NCBI GenBank assembly: GCA_949300615.1
Contig: CASGEW010000004.1
Coordinates: forward strand, 1 to 63,201
DNA: 63,201 nucleotides
Direction of reading: 5' to 3'
Origin: an uncultured Bacteroidales bacterium
GTDB taxonomy: Bacteria; Bacteroidota; Bacteroidia; Bacteroidales; CHK158-818
In this document: one piece after another, positions 11,460 to 24,888 of the stretch
Numbering within the stretch: position 1 is the first letter of the stretch
Layout of the letters: the number at the start of each line of letters is the position of its first letter
Program-made: the position numbers and the translations under genes
The notes under the pieces: model-generated
What the model was told of the DNA's origin: nothing
The model's input: only the letters and a program-made list of their open reading frames with translations
The model's database searches: none

Positions 11460-11660
11460 ATGAACGTATTCTTAAACAATTCAGAAATTTGCGTTGGGAA
11501 ACGAGTTACCCTAAAAGACCTGCTCGGAGGGCAAGGCATCACGCCGACAGGGATTGCCGTGGCCGTAAACAACGTGATTATCCCGAAAGACGAGTGGGAA
11601 AACAGATTTTTGGTTAACGGAGACAAAGTAACGGTTATCCGGGCCACATACGGAGGATAA
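11460..11660 (+). CDS. thiS: Sulfur carrier ThiS
   Basis: 66 aa, AVAVN, C-terminal GG. Confidence 0.95.
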   Translation: MNVFLNNSEICVGKRVTLKDLLGGQGITPTGIAVAVNNVIIPKDEWENRFLVNGDKVTVIRATYGG

Positions 11661-11665
11661 GCAAA

Positions 11666-12286
11666 ATGCACTTAATCTGTATCACAAAAGATCAACCTGT
11701 ACAGAACGAAGCAGCAAAAATCCAATTCCTGTTGGAAAATGGAGTCGATATTCTGCATCTGAGAAAACCGACATTCTCAGAAGAGGAGGCATCTTCGCTT
11801 TTATCGGAAATAGAGAGCCGCTTTTATCCCCGAATCGTTTTACACGATCACTTCCATCTCACGTCTCATTTCCCGGTAAGGGGGATTCATCTCAACCAGA
11901 GGAACAACCGCATCCCCCTGCCATACAAAGAGGAAATAAGCCGTTCATGCCACAGCATAACGGAGATAGCCGGAAATAACGAAGCGTATGAATATCTATT
12001 TCTAAGTCCTATTTTCGACAGCATCTCCAAAAGCGGCTATCGTTCGGGGTTTTCAGAAAAAGAACTGGCCGATGCCAGCCGGAGGGGAATTATCAACCCG
12101 AAAATAATTGCATTAGGCGGCATAACTCCTGAACATATCCTGAAACTAAAACCTTATTCTTTTGGAGGCGTTGCCGTTTTAGGGTATCTGTGGAACAACG
12201 CAGACACGGATAACGAGATAAAAACAAAAATCGACCTTTTACGGTCGGCATTAGACCAGATAGAACAACCATGTTACAATTCATAA
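11666..12286 (+). CDS. Thiamine phosphate synthase-like protein (ThiE/TenI family paralog)
   Basis: HLRKP, GIHL, SCHS, FLSPIFDSISK, ALGGI. Confidence 0.85.
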   Translation: MHLICITKDQPVQNEAAKIQFLLENGVDILHLRKPTFSEEEASSLLSEIESRFYPRIVLHDHFHLTSHFPVRGIHLNQRNNRIPLPYKEEISRSCHSITEIAGNNEAYEYLFLSPIFDSISKSGYRSGFSEKELADASRRGIINPKIIALGGITPEHILKLKPYSFGGVAVLGYLWNNADTDNEIKTKIDLLRSALDQIEQPCYNS

Positions 12287-12893
12287 CCCATCAAACCGAT
12301 ACCATCTCCTATTTACATTCGGCCGAACTTGTATTAAAGGGCGGGTGCAAATGGGTACAATTACGCATGAAAGAGGCATCGACAGAAGAGATCAAAAAAA
12401 CAGCCTTTAAAGTGCGGAAATTGTGCAAACTGTACAACGCTACGTTTATCATCGACGACCACGTTGTCATTGCCCGGGAGGTAGGTGCCGACGGCGTTCA
12501 TTTGGGGAAAAACGATCTTCCGGTTGCCGAAGCTCGTAAAATCGTAGGCAACTCTTTCATTATCGGAGGAACCGCCAATACGTTTGAAGACATTGAGCAT
12601 TTAGTTTCGGCAGGAGCCGACTACATCGGATTGGGGCCGTTCCAGTTTACCGAAACGAAAAAAAACCTGAGCCCTGTTTTAGGGATCGAGGGATACCGGA
12701 ATATCATGGAGAAATGCCGGAGAAAAAATATCACCATACCGATCGTCGCCATCGGAGGCATTACAGCACACGACATATCGGCCATCATGGAAACCGGCGT
12801 CAAAGGGATAGCCCTCTCCGGTTCTATCCTTCGTTCGCCCAATCCGGTGGAAGAGACGGCAAATATTTTAAATATCATCAAATATAACCAAAT

Positions 12894-12897
<4 letters not shown>
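12271..12897 (+). CDS. thiE: Thiamine phosphate synthase
   Basis: [28 protein letters not shown]. Confidence 0.95.
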
Positions 12898-15381
<2,484 letters not shown>

Positions 15382-15393
15382 GAACAATCCTCT

Positions 15394-15942
15394 ATGGACA
15401 GAGATTACACAGTTTTACTCAAAAAACGGCTGACACCGCATTTCATAAACGGGATAGTGTTCTTAATAAAACAACATCCCGAAGAGATGGATACGGTGTA
15501 TCGGTTGATGTACAACCCGGATACGACCGTTTCGTGGAGAGCAGCCTGGGCCTGTGAAAAACTGTGTACAGAATTTCCGGAATGGTTTCTGGACAAACGG
15601 GACAAATTAATGGAATTTTCTCTGGACCACCCTCACAAAGGTACCAAACGGTTGATCCTTTCCATTTTAGACAAATTGCCCATAACTAAACCGATCTCGA
15701 TACCGTTCCTAAACGCCTGTTTCGAGGGGATGTTTTCGCCGGAAGAACCGGCTGCCGTACAAACGCTGTATATGAAACTGTCGTACCGATTGTGTATGGA
15801 AGAGCCGGAGCTGCTGCCGGAATTACAAATGTTATTAGAAAGTGTAAATCCCGAGTACTATTCTACCGCTGTCAGAACAGCACGAAAGAATACGTTGCTC
15901 CGGATCAATAAAACAAAGAAAAAATGTTTTCAGAAGAATTAG
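15394..15942 (+). CDS. Hypothetical alpha-helical (HEAT/ARM-like) protein inside thi operon
   Basis: Fills the thiC-thiH gap on the same strand; SWRAAW motif, helical repeat-like character. Confidence 0.75.
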   Translation: MDRDYTVLLKKRLTPHFINGIVFLIKQHPEEMDTVYRLMYNPDTTVSWRAAWACEKLCTEFPEWFLDKRDKLMEFSLDHPHKGTKRLILSILDKLPITKPISIPFLNACFEGMFSPEEPAAVQTLYMKLSYRLCMEEPELLPELQMLLESVNPEYYSTAVRTARKNTLLRINKTKKKCFQKN

Positions 15943-17036
15943 AAAAATACCCATGGGATGAGGTAACCGACCAGATTTATTCAAAAACGGCCAACGATGT
16001 AGAAACGGCACTGTGCAAAGAGCACCTCTCCGTGGACGATTTCATGGCCCTGGTCTCTCCCGCTGCGGCGGCATACCTGGAACCGATGGCGGCATTGAGC
16101 CGGAAATATACGCAACAACGATTCGGGAAAACCGTACAAATGTACGTCCCGCTGTACATCACCAACTCTTGTACAAACCATTGCGTGTATTGCGGATTCC
16201 AGCACGACAACCCCATTGCCCGCGTCATACTGAAAGACGAGGAGATTATCAACGAATGTAAAGCTATCCGGAAGATAGGTCCTTTTGAGAATCTCTTGAT
16301 TGTTACGGGCGAAAATCCCCGCGATGCCGGTGTCGATTACATCGAAAACGCCCTCCGGCTTGCCCGGCCCTATTTCGCCAACCTGAGCATCGAGGTAATG
16401 CCCTTGAAAAGCGAAGAGTATTACCGACTGACAAAAGCCGGGCTGAACGGTGTAGTTTGTTTCCAGGAAACCTACAACAAGGCTCATTACAACATCTATC
16501 ACCCGAAAGGGATGAAATCCAAATTTGAATGGCGTGTCAACGGGTTCGACCGCATGGGACAGGCCAATGTCCATAAAATAGGGATGGGCGTGTTGATCGG
16601 GTTGGAAGAGTGGCGTACCGATACCACGATGATGGCCATCCACCTGCGTTACCTGCAAAAACATTACTGGAAAACCCGATACAGTGTCAACTTCCCGCGG
16701 ATGCGCCCCTCAGAAGGACATTTCAAACCGAACGTCATCATGCAGGACAAGGAGTTGGCCCAACTCATTTTTGCCTACCGGATTTTCGACCACGACGTGG
16801 ATATTTCGGTATCCACCCGTGAAAATCCACATTTCAGAGACCATATAGCCACCTTAGGTGCCACATCGATAAGTGCCGGATCGAAGACCGAACCGGGTGG
16901 TTATTATACCTATCCGCAGGCCCTGGAACAATTCTCGGTAAACGACGACCGTACCCCACAAGAGGTAGAAACGTCCGTCAAAAAACTGGGATACGAGGTA
17001 GTATGGAAAGACTGGGACGAAACATTCGACCGCTAA
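15924..17036 (+). CDS. thiH: 2-iminoacetate synthase (radical SAM)
   Basis: CTNHCVYC, FQETYN, SAGSKTEPGGY, WKDWD. Confidence 0.96.
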   Translation: MFSEELEKYPWDEVTDQIYSKTANDVETALCKEHLSVDDFMALVSPAAAAYLEPMAALSRKYTQQRFGKTVQMYVPLYITNSCTNHCVYCGFQHDNPIARVILKDEEIINECKAIRKIGPFENLLIVTGENPRDAGVDYIENALRLARPYFANLSIEVMPLKSEEYYRLTKAGLNGVVCFQETYNKAHYNIYHPKGMKSKFEWRVNGFDRMGQANVHKIGMGVLIGLEEWRTDTTMMAIHLRYLQKHYWKTRYSVNFPRMRPSEGHFKPNVIMQDKELAQLIFAYRIFDHDVDISVSTRENPHFRDHIATLGATSISAGSKTEPGGYYTYPQALEQFSVNDDRTPQEVETSVKKLGYEVVWKDWDETFDR

Positions 17037-17037
17037 C

Positions 17038-17736
17038 ATGGAGCGATACCGCAGACATATCCTGTTGAAAGAGATTGGTACAGAGGGACAACAAAAATTG
17101 GGCCATGCTTCGGTCCTGATTGTCGGCGTCGGGGGACTGGGTTCTCCCGTATCCCTCTATCTGGCGGCTGCCGGCGTAGGACGCATCGGGCTAATGGATG
17201 ACGATACCGTATCGGAAAGTAATCTGCAAAGACAAGTTTTATATACGACAGAAGAGATCGGACTTTCCAAAGTTGTCTGTGCTGAAAAACGGCTGAAAGC
17301 CCTCTCCCCGGAAACAATCATCGAAACCTACCCCTACCGGTTGGAAAATGAAAACGCCGTATCAATCATCTCACAATACGATATAGTGGTGGACGGGTGC
17401 GACAATTACACCACCCGTTACCTGATAAACGACACCTGCCTGCAACTGGGGAAACCATACGTATATGGGACTATCGGCGAGTTTCAAGGTCAGGTTGCCG
17501 TATTCAACTACCTGAACGGATTTTCTTACCGGGACATCTATCCGGACGAAAGTTACCTAACCTCGCTCCCCCGCCCCGAACAGGGGGTGATGGGGGCCGT
17601 TCCGGGTATTGTCGGCTCCATTGAGGCGGCCGAAACCATCAAGATCATCACCGGAGCAGGTAATACACTCAACAACAGACTATTGACCATCGACATTCTG
17701 AACATGGAGGTCAATATCCTGACCTTCCCCCAATGA
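17038..17736 (+). CDS. thiF: ThiF/MoeB adenylyltransferase
   Basis: RYRRH, GVGGLGS, SNLQRQ, DGCDNY. Confidence 0.9.
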   Translation: MERYRRHILLKEIGTEGQQKLGHASVLIVGVGGLGSPVSLYLAAAGVGRIGLMDDDTVSESNLQRQVLYTTEEIGLSKVVCAEKRLKALSPETIIETYPYRLENENAVSIISQYDIVVDGCDNYTTRYLINDTCLQLGKPYVYGTIGEFQGQVAVFNYLNGFSYRDIYPDESYLTSLPRPEQGVMGAVPGIVGSIEAAETIKIITGAGNTLNNRLLTIDILNMEVNILTFPQ

Positions 17737-17867
17737 CCCTGTCTGACCCGGACCTCAGAAACAGTTTTTTTGTTACACACAAGAAGTTCCAAGACAATAT
17801 CCGGACGAATCGGGATATATCAAAAATATTCATTAATTTCGCACGCAAAATCAAAACAAACGAAACT

Positions 17868-19226
17868 ATGGCAAAACCATCGATACCCAAAGGCACGAGA
17901 GACTTCTCTCCCGTGGAAATGGCTAAAAGGAACTACATCTTTAATACGATTCGGGAGGTATTCCACCTGTTCGGATTCCAACAGATAGAGACCCCGGCCA
18001 TGGAGAACCTCTCCACCCTGATGGGGAAATATGGAGAAGAGGGAGACAAATTGCTCTTTAAAATCTTAAACTCCGGCGATTTCCTGTCGGAAGCTACCGA
18101 CGAAGAGCTCGCCAGTCGCAATACCCTGAAACTGGCCTCGAAATTGTGTGAAAAAGGATTGCGATACGACCTTACCGTACCGTTTGCCCGTTTCGTGGTG
18201 ATGCACAGAAACGAGATAAGTTTCCCGTTCAAACGCTACCAGATACAACCGGTATGGCGTGCCGACCGTCCCCAGAAAGGACGTTACCGGGAATTCTACC
18301 AGTGTGATGCCGACGTGGTAGGATCCGACTCGCTGTTGAACGAGGTAGAACTGATCCTGATGACCGATGAGGTATTTCACCGTTTCGGTATCCGAACCTG
18401 CATCAAAGTCAACAACCGAAAAATATTGAGCGGTATTGCCGAAATCATCGGCGAACCGGACAAGATCGTCGATATTACCGTAGCAATCGACAAACTCGAT
18501 AAAATCGGGCTGGAAAAAGTAAACGAAGAACTGCGGGAAAAGAACATCTCCGAAAAAGCCATCGCCCTGCTGCAACCGATTATCCTGCTGCAAGGGACAA
18601 ACCGGGAGAAACTCCAAACCCTCCAATCCGTGCTGGCTTCATCCGAGATCGGAATGAAGGGCATCGAAGAACTAACATACATCCTCGACAAAGTAGAAAA
18701 CGCCAACCTTCGTGCCACGTTTGAAATAGACTTGACTCTGGCCCGCGGACTCAACTACTATACGGGAGCCATCTTCGAGGTAAAAGCCCTGGATGTACAG
18801 ATAGGCAGCATCACCGGCGGCGGACGATACGACAACTTGACTGGCGTATTCGGTATGCCGGGAGTGTCGGGCGTTGGCATCTCATACGGAGCAGACCGCA
18901 TATTCGACGTTCTGAATCAGCTGGACCTATACCCGAAAGACTCCTTGCAAACCACTCAAATCCTGTTTGTCAATTTCGGGAAAACAGAAGAGGAGTATTG
19001 CATTGCCTGTGCCAGACAACTCAGGAAAGAGGGCATCCGCACGGAAATATATCCGGAAGCCTCGAAAATGAAAAAACAGATGGGATATGCCGACGGCAAG
19101 CAAATTCCATACGTAGCCTTAGCCGGCGAAAACGAAATAGCAGCAGGGAAAATCACTGTCAAAAATATGTCGAATGGTGAACAAAAGTTGCTCTCTATCG
19201 ACGAATTAATCGCACTGTTCAAATGA
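17868..19226 (+). CDS. hisS: Histidine--tRNA ligase
   Basis: [40 protein letters not shown]; start moved to ATG 17868. Confidence 0.98.
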   Translation: MAKPSIPKGTRDFSPVEMAKRNYIFNTIREVFHLFGFQQIETPAMENLSTLMGKYGEEGDKLLFKILNSGDFLSEATDEELASRNTLKLASKLCEKGLRYDLTVPFARFVVMHRNEISFPFKRYQIQPVWRADRPQKGRYREFYQCDADVVGSDSLLNEVELILMTDEVFHRFGIRTCIKVNNRKILSGIAEIIGEPDKIVDITVAIDKLDKIGLEKVNEELREKNISEKAIALLQPIILLQGTNREKLQTLQSVLASSEIGMKGIEELTYILDKVENANLRATFEIDLTLARGLNYYTGAIFEVKALDVQIGSITGGGRYDNLTGVFGMPGVSGVGISYGADRIFDVLNQLDLYPKDSLQTTQILFVNFGKTEEEYCIACARQLRKEGIRTEIYPEASKMKKQMGYADGKQIPYVALAGENEIAAGKITVKNMSNGEQKLLSIDELIALFK

Positions 19227-19726
19227 TAGAGATCAGAGAAGCAAGTATCCACGACTGTCAATTAATACGAGAACTGGCCTCCCGAACCTGGGGCCCTACT
19301 TACGGCCATATCTTATCGCCCGAACAACTCGATTATATGTTTGAATGGATGTACGCTGAGAAGTCCCTTTTAGAACAAATGACCGAACAAAAACACCGCT
19401 TTTTCATCGCTTCGTACGACGGAGAGGCCTGCGGCTACATATCCGTAGAAAGAGAAGACAAGCGGTTGTTTCATATCCAGAAAATATATGTACTGCCTCA
19501 AATGCAAGGGAAGAAAATAGGAAAATACTTAATAGAAAAAGCATTCTCCTATATCAGAGGCCTCGTCGCTCCGGACGAGAGTGTTACCGTAGAACTGAAT
19601 GTAAACCGACAGAACAAAGCTACCGGGTTTTACAAACGTATGGGATTTTCCATTGCTCGAAGCGGAGACTTCCTGATTGGAAACGGATTCTTTATGAACG
19701 ACTATATCATGGCCATCCAGATTTAA
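19223..19726 (+). CDS. GNAT N-acetyltransferase
   Basis: [26 protein letters not shown]; overlaps hisS stop (ATGA). Confidence 0.9.
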   Translation: MIEIREASIHDCQLIRELASRTWGPTYGHILSPEQLDYMFEWMYAEKSLLEQMTEQKHRFFIASYDGEACGYISVEREDKRLFHIQKIYVLPQMQGKKIGKYLIEKAFSYIRGLVAPDESVTVELNVNRQNKATGFYKRMGFSIARSGDFLIGNGFFMNDYIMAIQI

Positions 19727-19738
19727 AGATGACCATCG

Positions 19739-20131
19739 CTATTTTTCGGACTTCACTACCGGATAATTGTGCTTGATCCAATCGTCCAGCCCTTTATCCA
19801 AATCGTATATCTTCTTAAATCCTGCTTTCGATAGTTTATCGGCTGCCTTTTTGCTGCGTACCCCCCCCTTACAATACACGGCAACCGGCTTTCCGGCATC
19901 CAGCGCCTGAATCTGTTTGTCAAAGTCGAGAGTCTTAATATCCATATTCACGGCCTTCTCGATATGACCCTGACGGTACTCTTCGGGCGTACGGGCATCT
20001 ACAATCTGAATGGCATCATCAGACAACAGTTGTTGAAACTCAGGCGTAGTCATCGATTGGTAATTCTTTTGCTGAGAGCAACCTCCCACAATAAACGATA
20101 ATAACATCATCAGAAAGAACAAATTTTTCAT
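19739..20131 (-). CDS. Rhodanese-like lipoprotein
   Basis: Lipobox-like VGGC, DARTPEEY..GHI, active-site loop CKGGVRS. Confidence 0.9.
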   Translation of the reverse strand: MKNLFFLMMLLSFIVGGCSQQKNYQSMTTPEFQQLLSDDAIQIVDARTPEEYRQGHIEKAVNMDIKTLDFDKQIQALDAGKPVAVYCKGGVRSKKAADKLSKAGFKKIYDLDKGLDDWIKHNYPVVKSEK

Positions 20132-20490
20132 AAACAAGATTTTTTATAGCGTTTTAGTATATAACAAACTTATATTACAAAAGTTATTACGATAACCTCT
20201 ACAAAATAAGTAAATATAACCGAAACAAACCAACGAAAATCGCTCGACACCCCCCCGATCTCCAAAAGTTTATGCCAATAGGTACCTATTTACCTGAGAC
20301 GACAGGCAGATTTTCAAAAAGAAAATCTTAAATTTCACACTCTTTTTTTGAATAGAATCTCTATTTTTGTTTATCAAAGTGTTGCTAAAAAACAGGAACA
20401 GTTCTTGAAAACAGAGACAATATGCAAACTGGAAATGTCTTTGCTTAATCCCCCAAAGAGAGATTTCTCCCCAAGGAAAACAGCTATGTT

Positions 20491-20886
20491 ATGACAATTG
20501 AAAAATTAGACGGAACAAGTACACGATTATACAGCTTGGTAGCCCCATTGGTAATGAAAAGCAGCGTCTTGCGGCAAAACAACAACTATCCGTTCAAGAC
20601 ATCCAGGCATCATACCTGGTTCGTTGCCATAGAAGGATGCGAGGTCCTGGGATTTATGCCGATAGAGATCAAAGACAAAAGCGTTACGATAAACAACTAT
20701 TACGTGGCCGGCGACAATCCCCAACTATTAACAACCTTGTTGAAAAAGGTCATACAGACATACGAAAGAGGACACATCATACAATCGGTAACCCACACTC
20801 GCCACCTGGAAACATTTAAAGAAAAAGGATTTTCCGTTACCAGAGAGTGGAAACTCTACGTCAAAATGTTATATAACAAACCATGA
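20491..20886 (+). CDS. Hypothetical protein, GNAT-like fold suspected
   Basis: WFVAIEGCEVLGFMP strand pattern, FKEKGF near end; ATGA overlap with next gene. Confidence 0.7.
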   Translation: MTIEKLDGTSTRLYSLVAPLVMKSSVLRQNNNYPFKTSRHHTWFVAIEGCEVLGFMPIEIKDKSVTINNYYVAGDNPQLLTTLLKKVIQTYERGHIIQSVTHTRHLETFKEKGFSVTREWKLYVKMLYNKP

Positions 20887-22166
20887 ACAGACCTTCTTCG
20901 GTATATAACCAAACATTGTTGCGTTTAAAAAAGATTTTTTCTTCTTTCGATAACATATACATATCTTTCTCCGGCGGAAAAGACAGTAGCGTATTGCTGA
21001 ACCTGTGTATCGATTACATCCGAAAAAACAGGTTAAAATGCCGATTGGGTGTATTCCACATGGATTACGAGATACAATACCGCGAAACCATCGATTATGT
21101 TGACCAGGTATTGAATTCCAATCAGGATATCTTGGATGTATATCGTATCTGCGTACCGTTCAAAGTACCAACGTGTACCTCCATGTTCCAACAATATTGG
21201 AGACCCTGGGATGAAGATATGCGGGATCAATGGGTACGGCAACAACCCAAAGATTGCTATACACAAAAAGATTTCCCATTTTTCAAATCCAATATGTGGG
21301 ATTATGAATTTCAACTCCGGTTTGCCGAATGGATACACCTGCGAAACAGAGCTAAACGTACCTGCTGTTTGATAGGAATCCGTACCCAGGAGAGCTTTAA
21401 CCGTTGGAGAACCATCCACAGTAAACGGAATTATTACCATCAAGGCCTTAAATGGATACATCTTATCAAAACCAACATATACTGTGCTTATCCCATATAC
21501 GACTGGTTGACAACCGATATATGGACAGCCAACGGGAAATTCGGATGGAGTTACAACCACTTGTACGATCTTTTTTACCAGGCCGGTATCCCCTTGGATA
21601 AGCAACGAGTGGCAAGCCCGTTTATTTCTCAGGCCCAATCGAGCCTGAAACTATACCGGGCTATCGATCCCGATATGTGGGGAAAGATGATAAACCGGGT
21701 CAATGGGGTCAATTTTACCGGGATTTACGGGGGTACCTCTGCCGTAGGATGGAAAAAAGTTACGTTACCCAAAGGCTTTACATGGGCCCAATATATGCAG
21801 TTCCTGCTCTCTACCCTACCTTCGGAGACAAGAGCCAATTACCTGCGAAAATTATCGGTAAGTATCGAATTTTGGAGAACCCGGGGAGGCTGCCTCTCTA
21901 CCAAAACCATCGAAAAGTTACGTAACGCCGGTATCGAAATATCTGTCGGAGAGACAACTGCTTATAAAACGAATAAGAAACCGGTACGTATGGAATACCA
22001 GGACGACATCAACATCGCAGAATTTCGGGAATTACCTACCTTTAAGCGAATATGCATCTGTATCCTGAAAAACGACCACGCTTGCAAGTACATGGGATTC
22101 GCCCTCAACAAAGACGAAAAAAAACGGAAAAAACGGATTATGGATATATATAAATCCCTGTTGTAA
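20883..22166 (+). CDS. PAPS-reductase-like / DUF3440 protein (IbrA/YbdN family)
   Basis: SFSGGKDS PP-loop, GIRTQESFNR, YPIYDW, QRVASPF, KNDHACK. Confidence 0.9.
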   Translation: MNRPSSVYNQTLLRLKKIFSSFDNIYISFSGGKDSSVLLNLCIDYIRKNRLKCRLGVFHMDYEIQYRETIDYVDQVLNSNQDILDVYRICVPFKVPTCTSMFQQYWRPWDEDMRDQWVRQQPKDCYTQKDFPFFKSNMWDYEFQLRFAEWIHLRNRAKRTCCLIGIRTQESFNRWRTIHSKRNYYHQGLKWIHLIKTNIYCAYPIYDWLTTDIWTANGKFGWSYNHLYDLFYQAGIPLDKQRVASPFISQAQSSLKLYRAIDPDMWGKMINRVNGVNFTGIYGGTSAVGWKKVTLPKGFTWAQYMQFLLSTLPSETRANYLRKLSVSIEFWRTRGGCLSTKTIEKLRNAGIEISVGETTAYKTNKKPVRMEYQDDINIAEFRELPTFKRICICILKNDHACKYMGFALNKDEKKRKKRIMDIYKSLL

Positions 22167-22347
22167 CGCAGGCAAAATACTTGTTCCCATCCTCGACACC
22201 CCAAACGTAAAAGGTCTAAACCGATGATCGAACCAGCCCGAATGTTTTGCTTTTATTATGAAAAAGAGATACCTTTACACAACAACACGGTAGGTGCGGA
22301 ATTTATGCCCGAACCGATCGGTTTCTATCCAAACAAGAGAATAAACT

Positions 22348-22854
22348 ATGGAATATAAAAGTCCCGTATATAACGTCCGAGCCATACCGGTAGAAAAAAT
22401 CGCGGCAAACGGATACAATCCCAACATCGTGGCTCCGCCCGAAATGAAACTGTTGGAACTATCCATCTGGGAAGACGGATACACCATGCCTTGTGTATGC
22501 TACTACATAGCCGACAAAGATATGTACGAGCTGGTAGATGGTTACCACCGCTATCTGGTCATGAAAACATCCCAACGAATCTATGAACGGGAAAAAGGGT
22601 TGCTACCAGTAGTAGTTATAGAGAAAGACCTGTCAAACCGGATGGCCTCTACCATCAGACACAACCGAGCTCGCGGTACACACAACATCGAATTGATGAG
22701 CAACATTGTTTCAGAACTGACCAAAGCGGGAATGTCTGACCAATGGATTATCAAAAACATTGGTATGGACAAGGATGAGTTGCTGCGACTAAAACAAATA
22801 ACCGGCCTTGCTGCACTGTTTGCAGATAAAGAATTCAGCCTTTCCAAAGAATAA
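22348..22854 (+). CDS. ParB/Srx-like N-terminal domain protein (IbrB/YbdM family)
   Basis: ANGYNPN, SIWEDGYT, VDGYHR, STIRHNRARG. Confidence 0.9.
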   Translation: MEYKSPVYNVRAIPVEKIAANGYNPNIVAPPEMKLLELSIWEDGYTMPCVCYYIADKDMYELVDGYHRYLVMKTSQRIYEREKGLLPVVVIEKDLSNRMASTIRHNRARGTHNIELMSNIVSELTKAGMSDQWIIKNIGMDKDELLRLKQITGLAALFADKEFSLSKE

Positions 22855-23175
22855 AAAGAGGAACTAATACTACAATCTACTCATATAAAGACACTTGTAA
22901 AGAATATTCTTCTCAAAAAGGGAGGTATATAAAAAACGAAAGGTTGTCTCACGACAACCAATCTTTGTTAACTTTAAATCTAATACCATGAAAAACACAT
23001 AGCAAATGTACGAACTTTTATGTTATAAAACATACAACAAACAGAAAAAATTGATATATTTGCATTATTTAACATATCTGCGACGATATAGAACCGTTGA
23101 TGTTTGCCATACCCAAGAAATATTCTTATATTTATACAAATAAATTTCAAGTATAAACCTCTAAACAATACGGCT

Positions 23176-23400
23176 ATGGAAGAGAATGATAAAATTGTTG
23201 TATTCAAGTCTTTTTCAGACGATGTGGCCGCACATATGGTAATGGACATCCTAAAAGAAAATGGTATCGACTGTTTTTTAACGGGCGAAAACCTCAACTA
23301 TACGGGTATGCCGTTGCCGATAGCGGGTGTAGATTTGAATTTGTTTGAAAGGGATATTCCCCGAGCAAATGAAATATTGAAAGAACAACGAAAGAAATAA
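23176..23400 (+). CDS. DUF2007 / PII-like small protein
   Basis: AHMVMDILKENGIDCFL, RDIPRANEIL pattern. Confidence 0.75.
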   Translation: MEENDKIVVFKSFSDDVAAHMVMDILKENGIDCFLTGENLNYTGMPLPIAGVDLNLFERDIPRANEILKEQRKK

Positions 23401-23423
23401 AAAACTTTTTGGGTGTTAGATGT

Positions 23424-23462
23424 AGAAAGGGAGTAGAATCATCATAGTTCTACTCCCTTTCT
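23424..23462. terminator. Hairpin between convergent genes
   Basis: Perfect 15-bp stem AGAAAGGGAGTAGAA/TTCTACTCCCTTTCT, 9-nt loop. Confidence 0.7.
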
Positions 23463-23570
23463 TCCTTACTCCCTACCTTCATATTAAAAAATACTCACCT
23501 TTACAACAATACAAAAGACAATCTGTATCGAAATCAATCTGACAGACCGTCCTTTATTTATGAAAACATC

Positions 23571-24809
23571 TTATTTATCTGTTTTTACATCGTCCAATGT
23601 AATGCTTGCACAAAACAGATAGCGGGGGTCGTCTTTCTGCAAAAGAGAGTTATACAGCGATGCCAAATTTCGTTTTACCTTTCCTTTAAAAACATTTTTT
23701 CCGTTACACACGACGGTTATCGGTTTGTCGAGATCGAACATCTCATCGTTTAGAAAGAGGATCAATCTCTCCGAATAGTTCTTTTCGATATAAACGGTAT
23801 TCCCTTTTCTGGTTACCACAATCTCTCCTCCGGGTTGCAACAAGTCGTTAGGGACGGACAACCAGTAAAATGACCCATGCAACACGCCATTATCCTGCTT
23901 CCAGACAATTTTCTCCGGATAGGGATTACGCGTAAAGTGGGACATCCATTCGATACCGGCTTTGTCTTCCCGATCCATCCAGTGCCCCTTACCGGGCACG
24001 ATATGGACATCGTGCACATATCCACCGGGATCGTTCTTCTGCAAACTATCCAACATGATTTCCCACTGCCGAGCCACTTGGTTACGGTTGTAGGCAGCAT
24101 CGTCCGCTCCCATCCAAAGGGCAAAACCGATATTACGAAGGCTCAGAGGTGACACATCCCCCGGATGTCCCGCCATCATGGCGGCAGCGGCCCAACGGTC
24201 GGCCATACGGGGAGCCAACCGATATGTACCATCTCCTCCGGCCGAATACCCGGTTATATAAACTCTATCCGGATTGACATCTTTCAATACAACAGCACTC
24301 TTTATAATCTGCTCAAACAAGGCATCGATATGCGGTTGATGCCACAAATCCCACGTATTTAGCGGGGCACGCGGAGCCAGATAGATACCCTCCTGCGGTT
24401 GATAAAGACCAATCTGGTTTCGCCACTGCTGGTCATTCAACGCAGCCGGGGCTCCTCCTCCACCGTGCATGGAGATGTACAAACTCCACCCGTCGGCCGG
24501 CTTCTCCCCGAATACCCGATAATCGAACCGCATCCGGAATTCATCTTCGGTAAACAGTTTCAATTTCCAGGAAGAGGCATACTGTTTCTTTATCTCTTCT
24601 GCTCGATAATTCCACAACAGCTCGCGCAATGATTCTGCCTCTGTTGCCGACAACGATTTCTGATAAAATGGTAACCGGACTATCTCCCTCAAATCCGGCT
24701 GCGTGTGTAGCCATTTTTCAAATTTATCGACAGTTTTGCTTTGTGCATATAAAGAGAGACCCGAATACGAAAAAATACTTACAACAAGCAGAGCGAATAA
24801 TCTTTTCAT
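23571..24809 (-). CDS. Secreted alpha/beta hydrolase (esterase/peptidase-like)
   Basis: Signal peptide, SMHGGGG oxyanion motif, GYSAGG nucleophile elbow, GADD, GKGHW. Confidence 0.8.
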   Translation of the reverse strand: MKRLFALLVVSIFSYSGLSLYAQSKTVDKFEKWLHTQPDLREIVRLPFYQKSLSATEAESLRELLWNYRAEEIKKQYASSWKLKLFTEDEFRMRFDYRVFGEKPADGWSLYISMHGGGGAPAALNDQQWRNQIGLYQPQEGIYLAPRAPLNTWDLWHQPHIDALFEQIIKSAVVLKDVNPDRVYITGYSAGGDGTYRLAPRMADRWAAAAMMAGHPGDVSPLSLRNIGFALWMGADDAAYNRNQVARQWEIMLDSLQKNDPGGYVHDVHIVPGKGHWMDREDKAGIEWMSHFTRNPYPEKIVWKQDNGVLHGSFYWLSVPNDLLQPGGEIVVTRKGNTVYIEKNYSERLILFLNDEMFDLDKPITVVCNGKNVFKGKVKRNLASLYNSLLQKDDPRYLFCASITLDDVKTDK

Positions 24810-24888
24810 TTTTTCTATACAATCTATTATAAAAGATGCCGGCAACATCGGAACATTTCTCCCACGATGCAGCCGGCATCCCTAAAAA

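Noticed and set aside
20397-20413. 17-bp inverted match (AACAGTTCTTGAAAACA) to positions 40-56
   Set aside because: An AT-rich match of this length is plausible by chance in 63 kb; no recombinase or other support for an invertible segment
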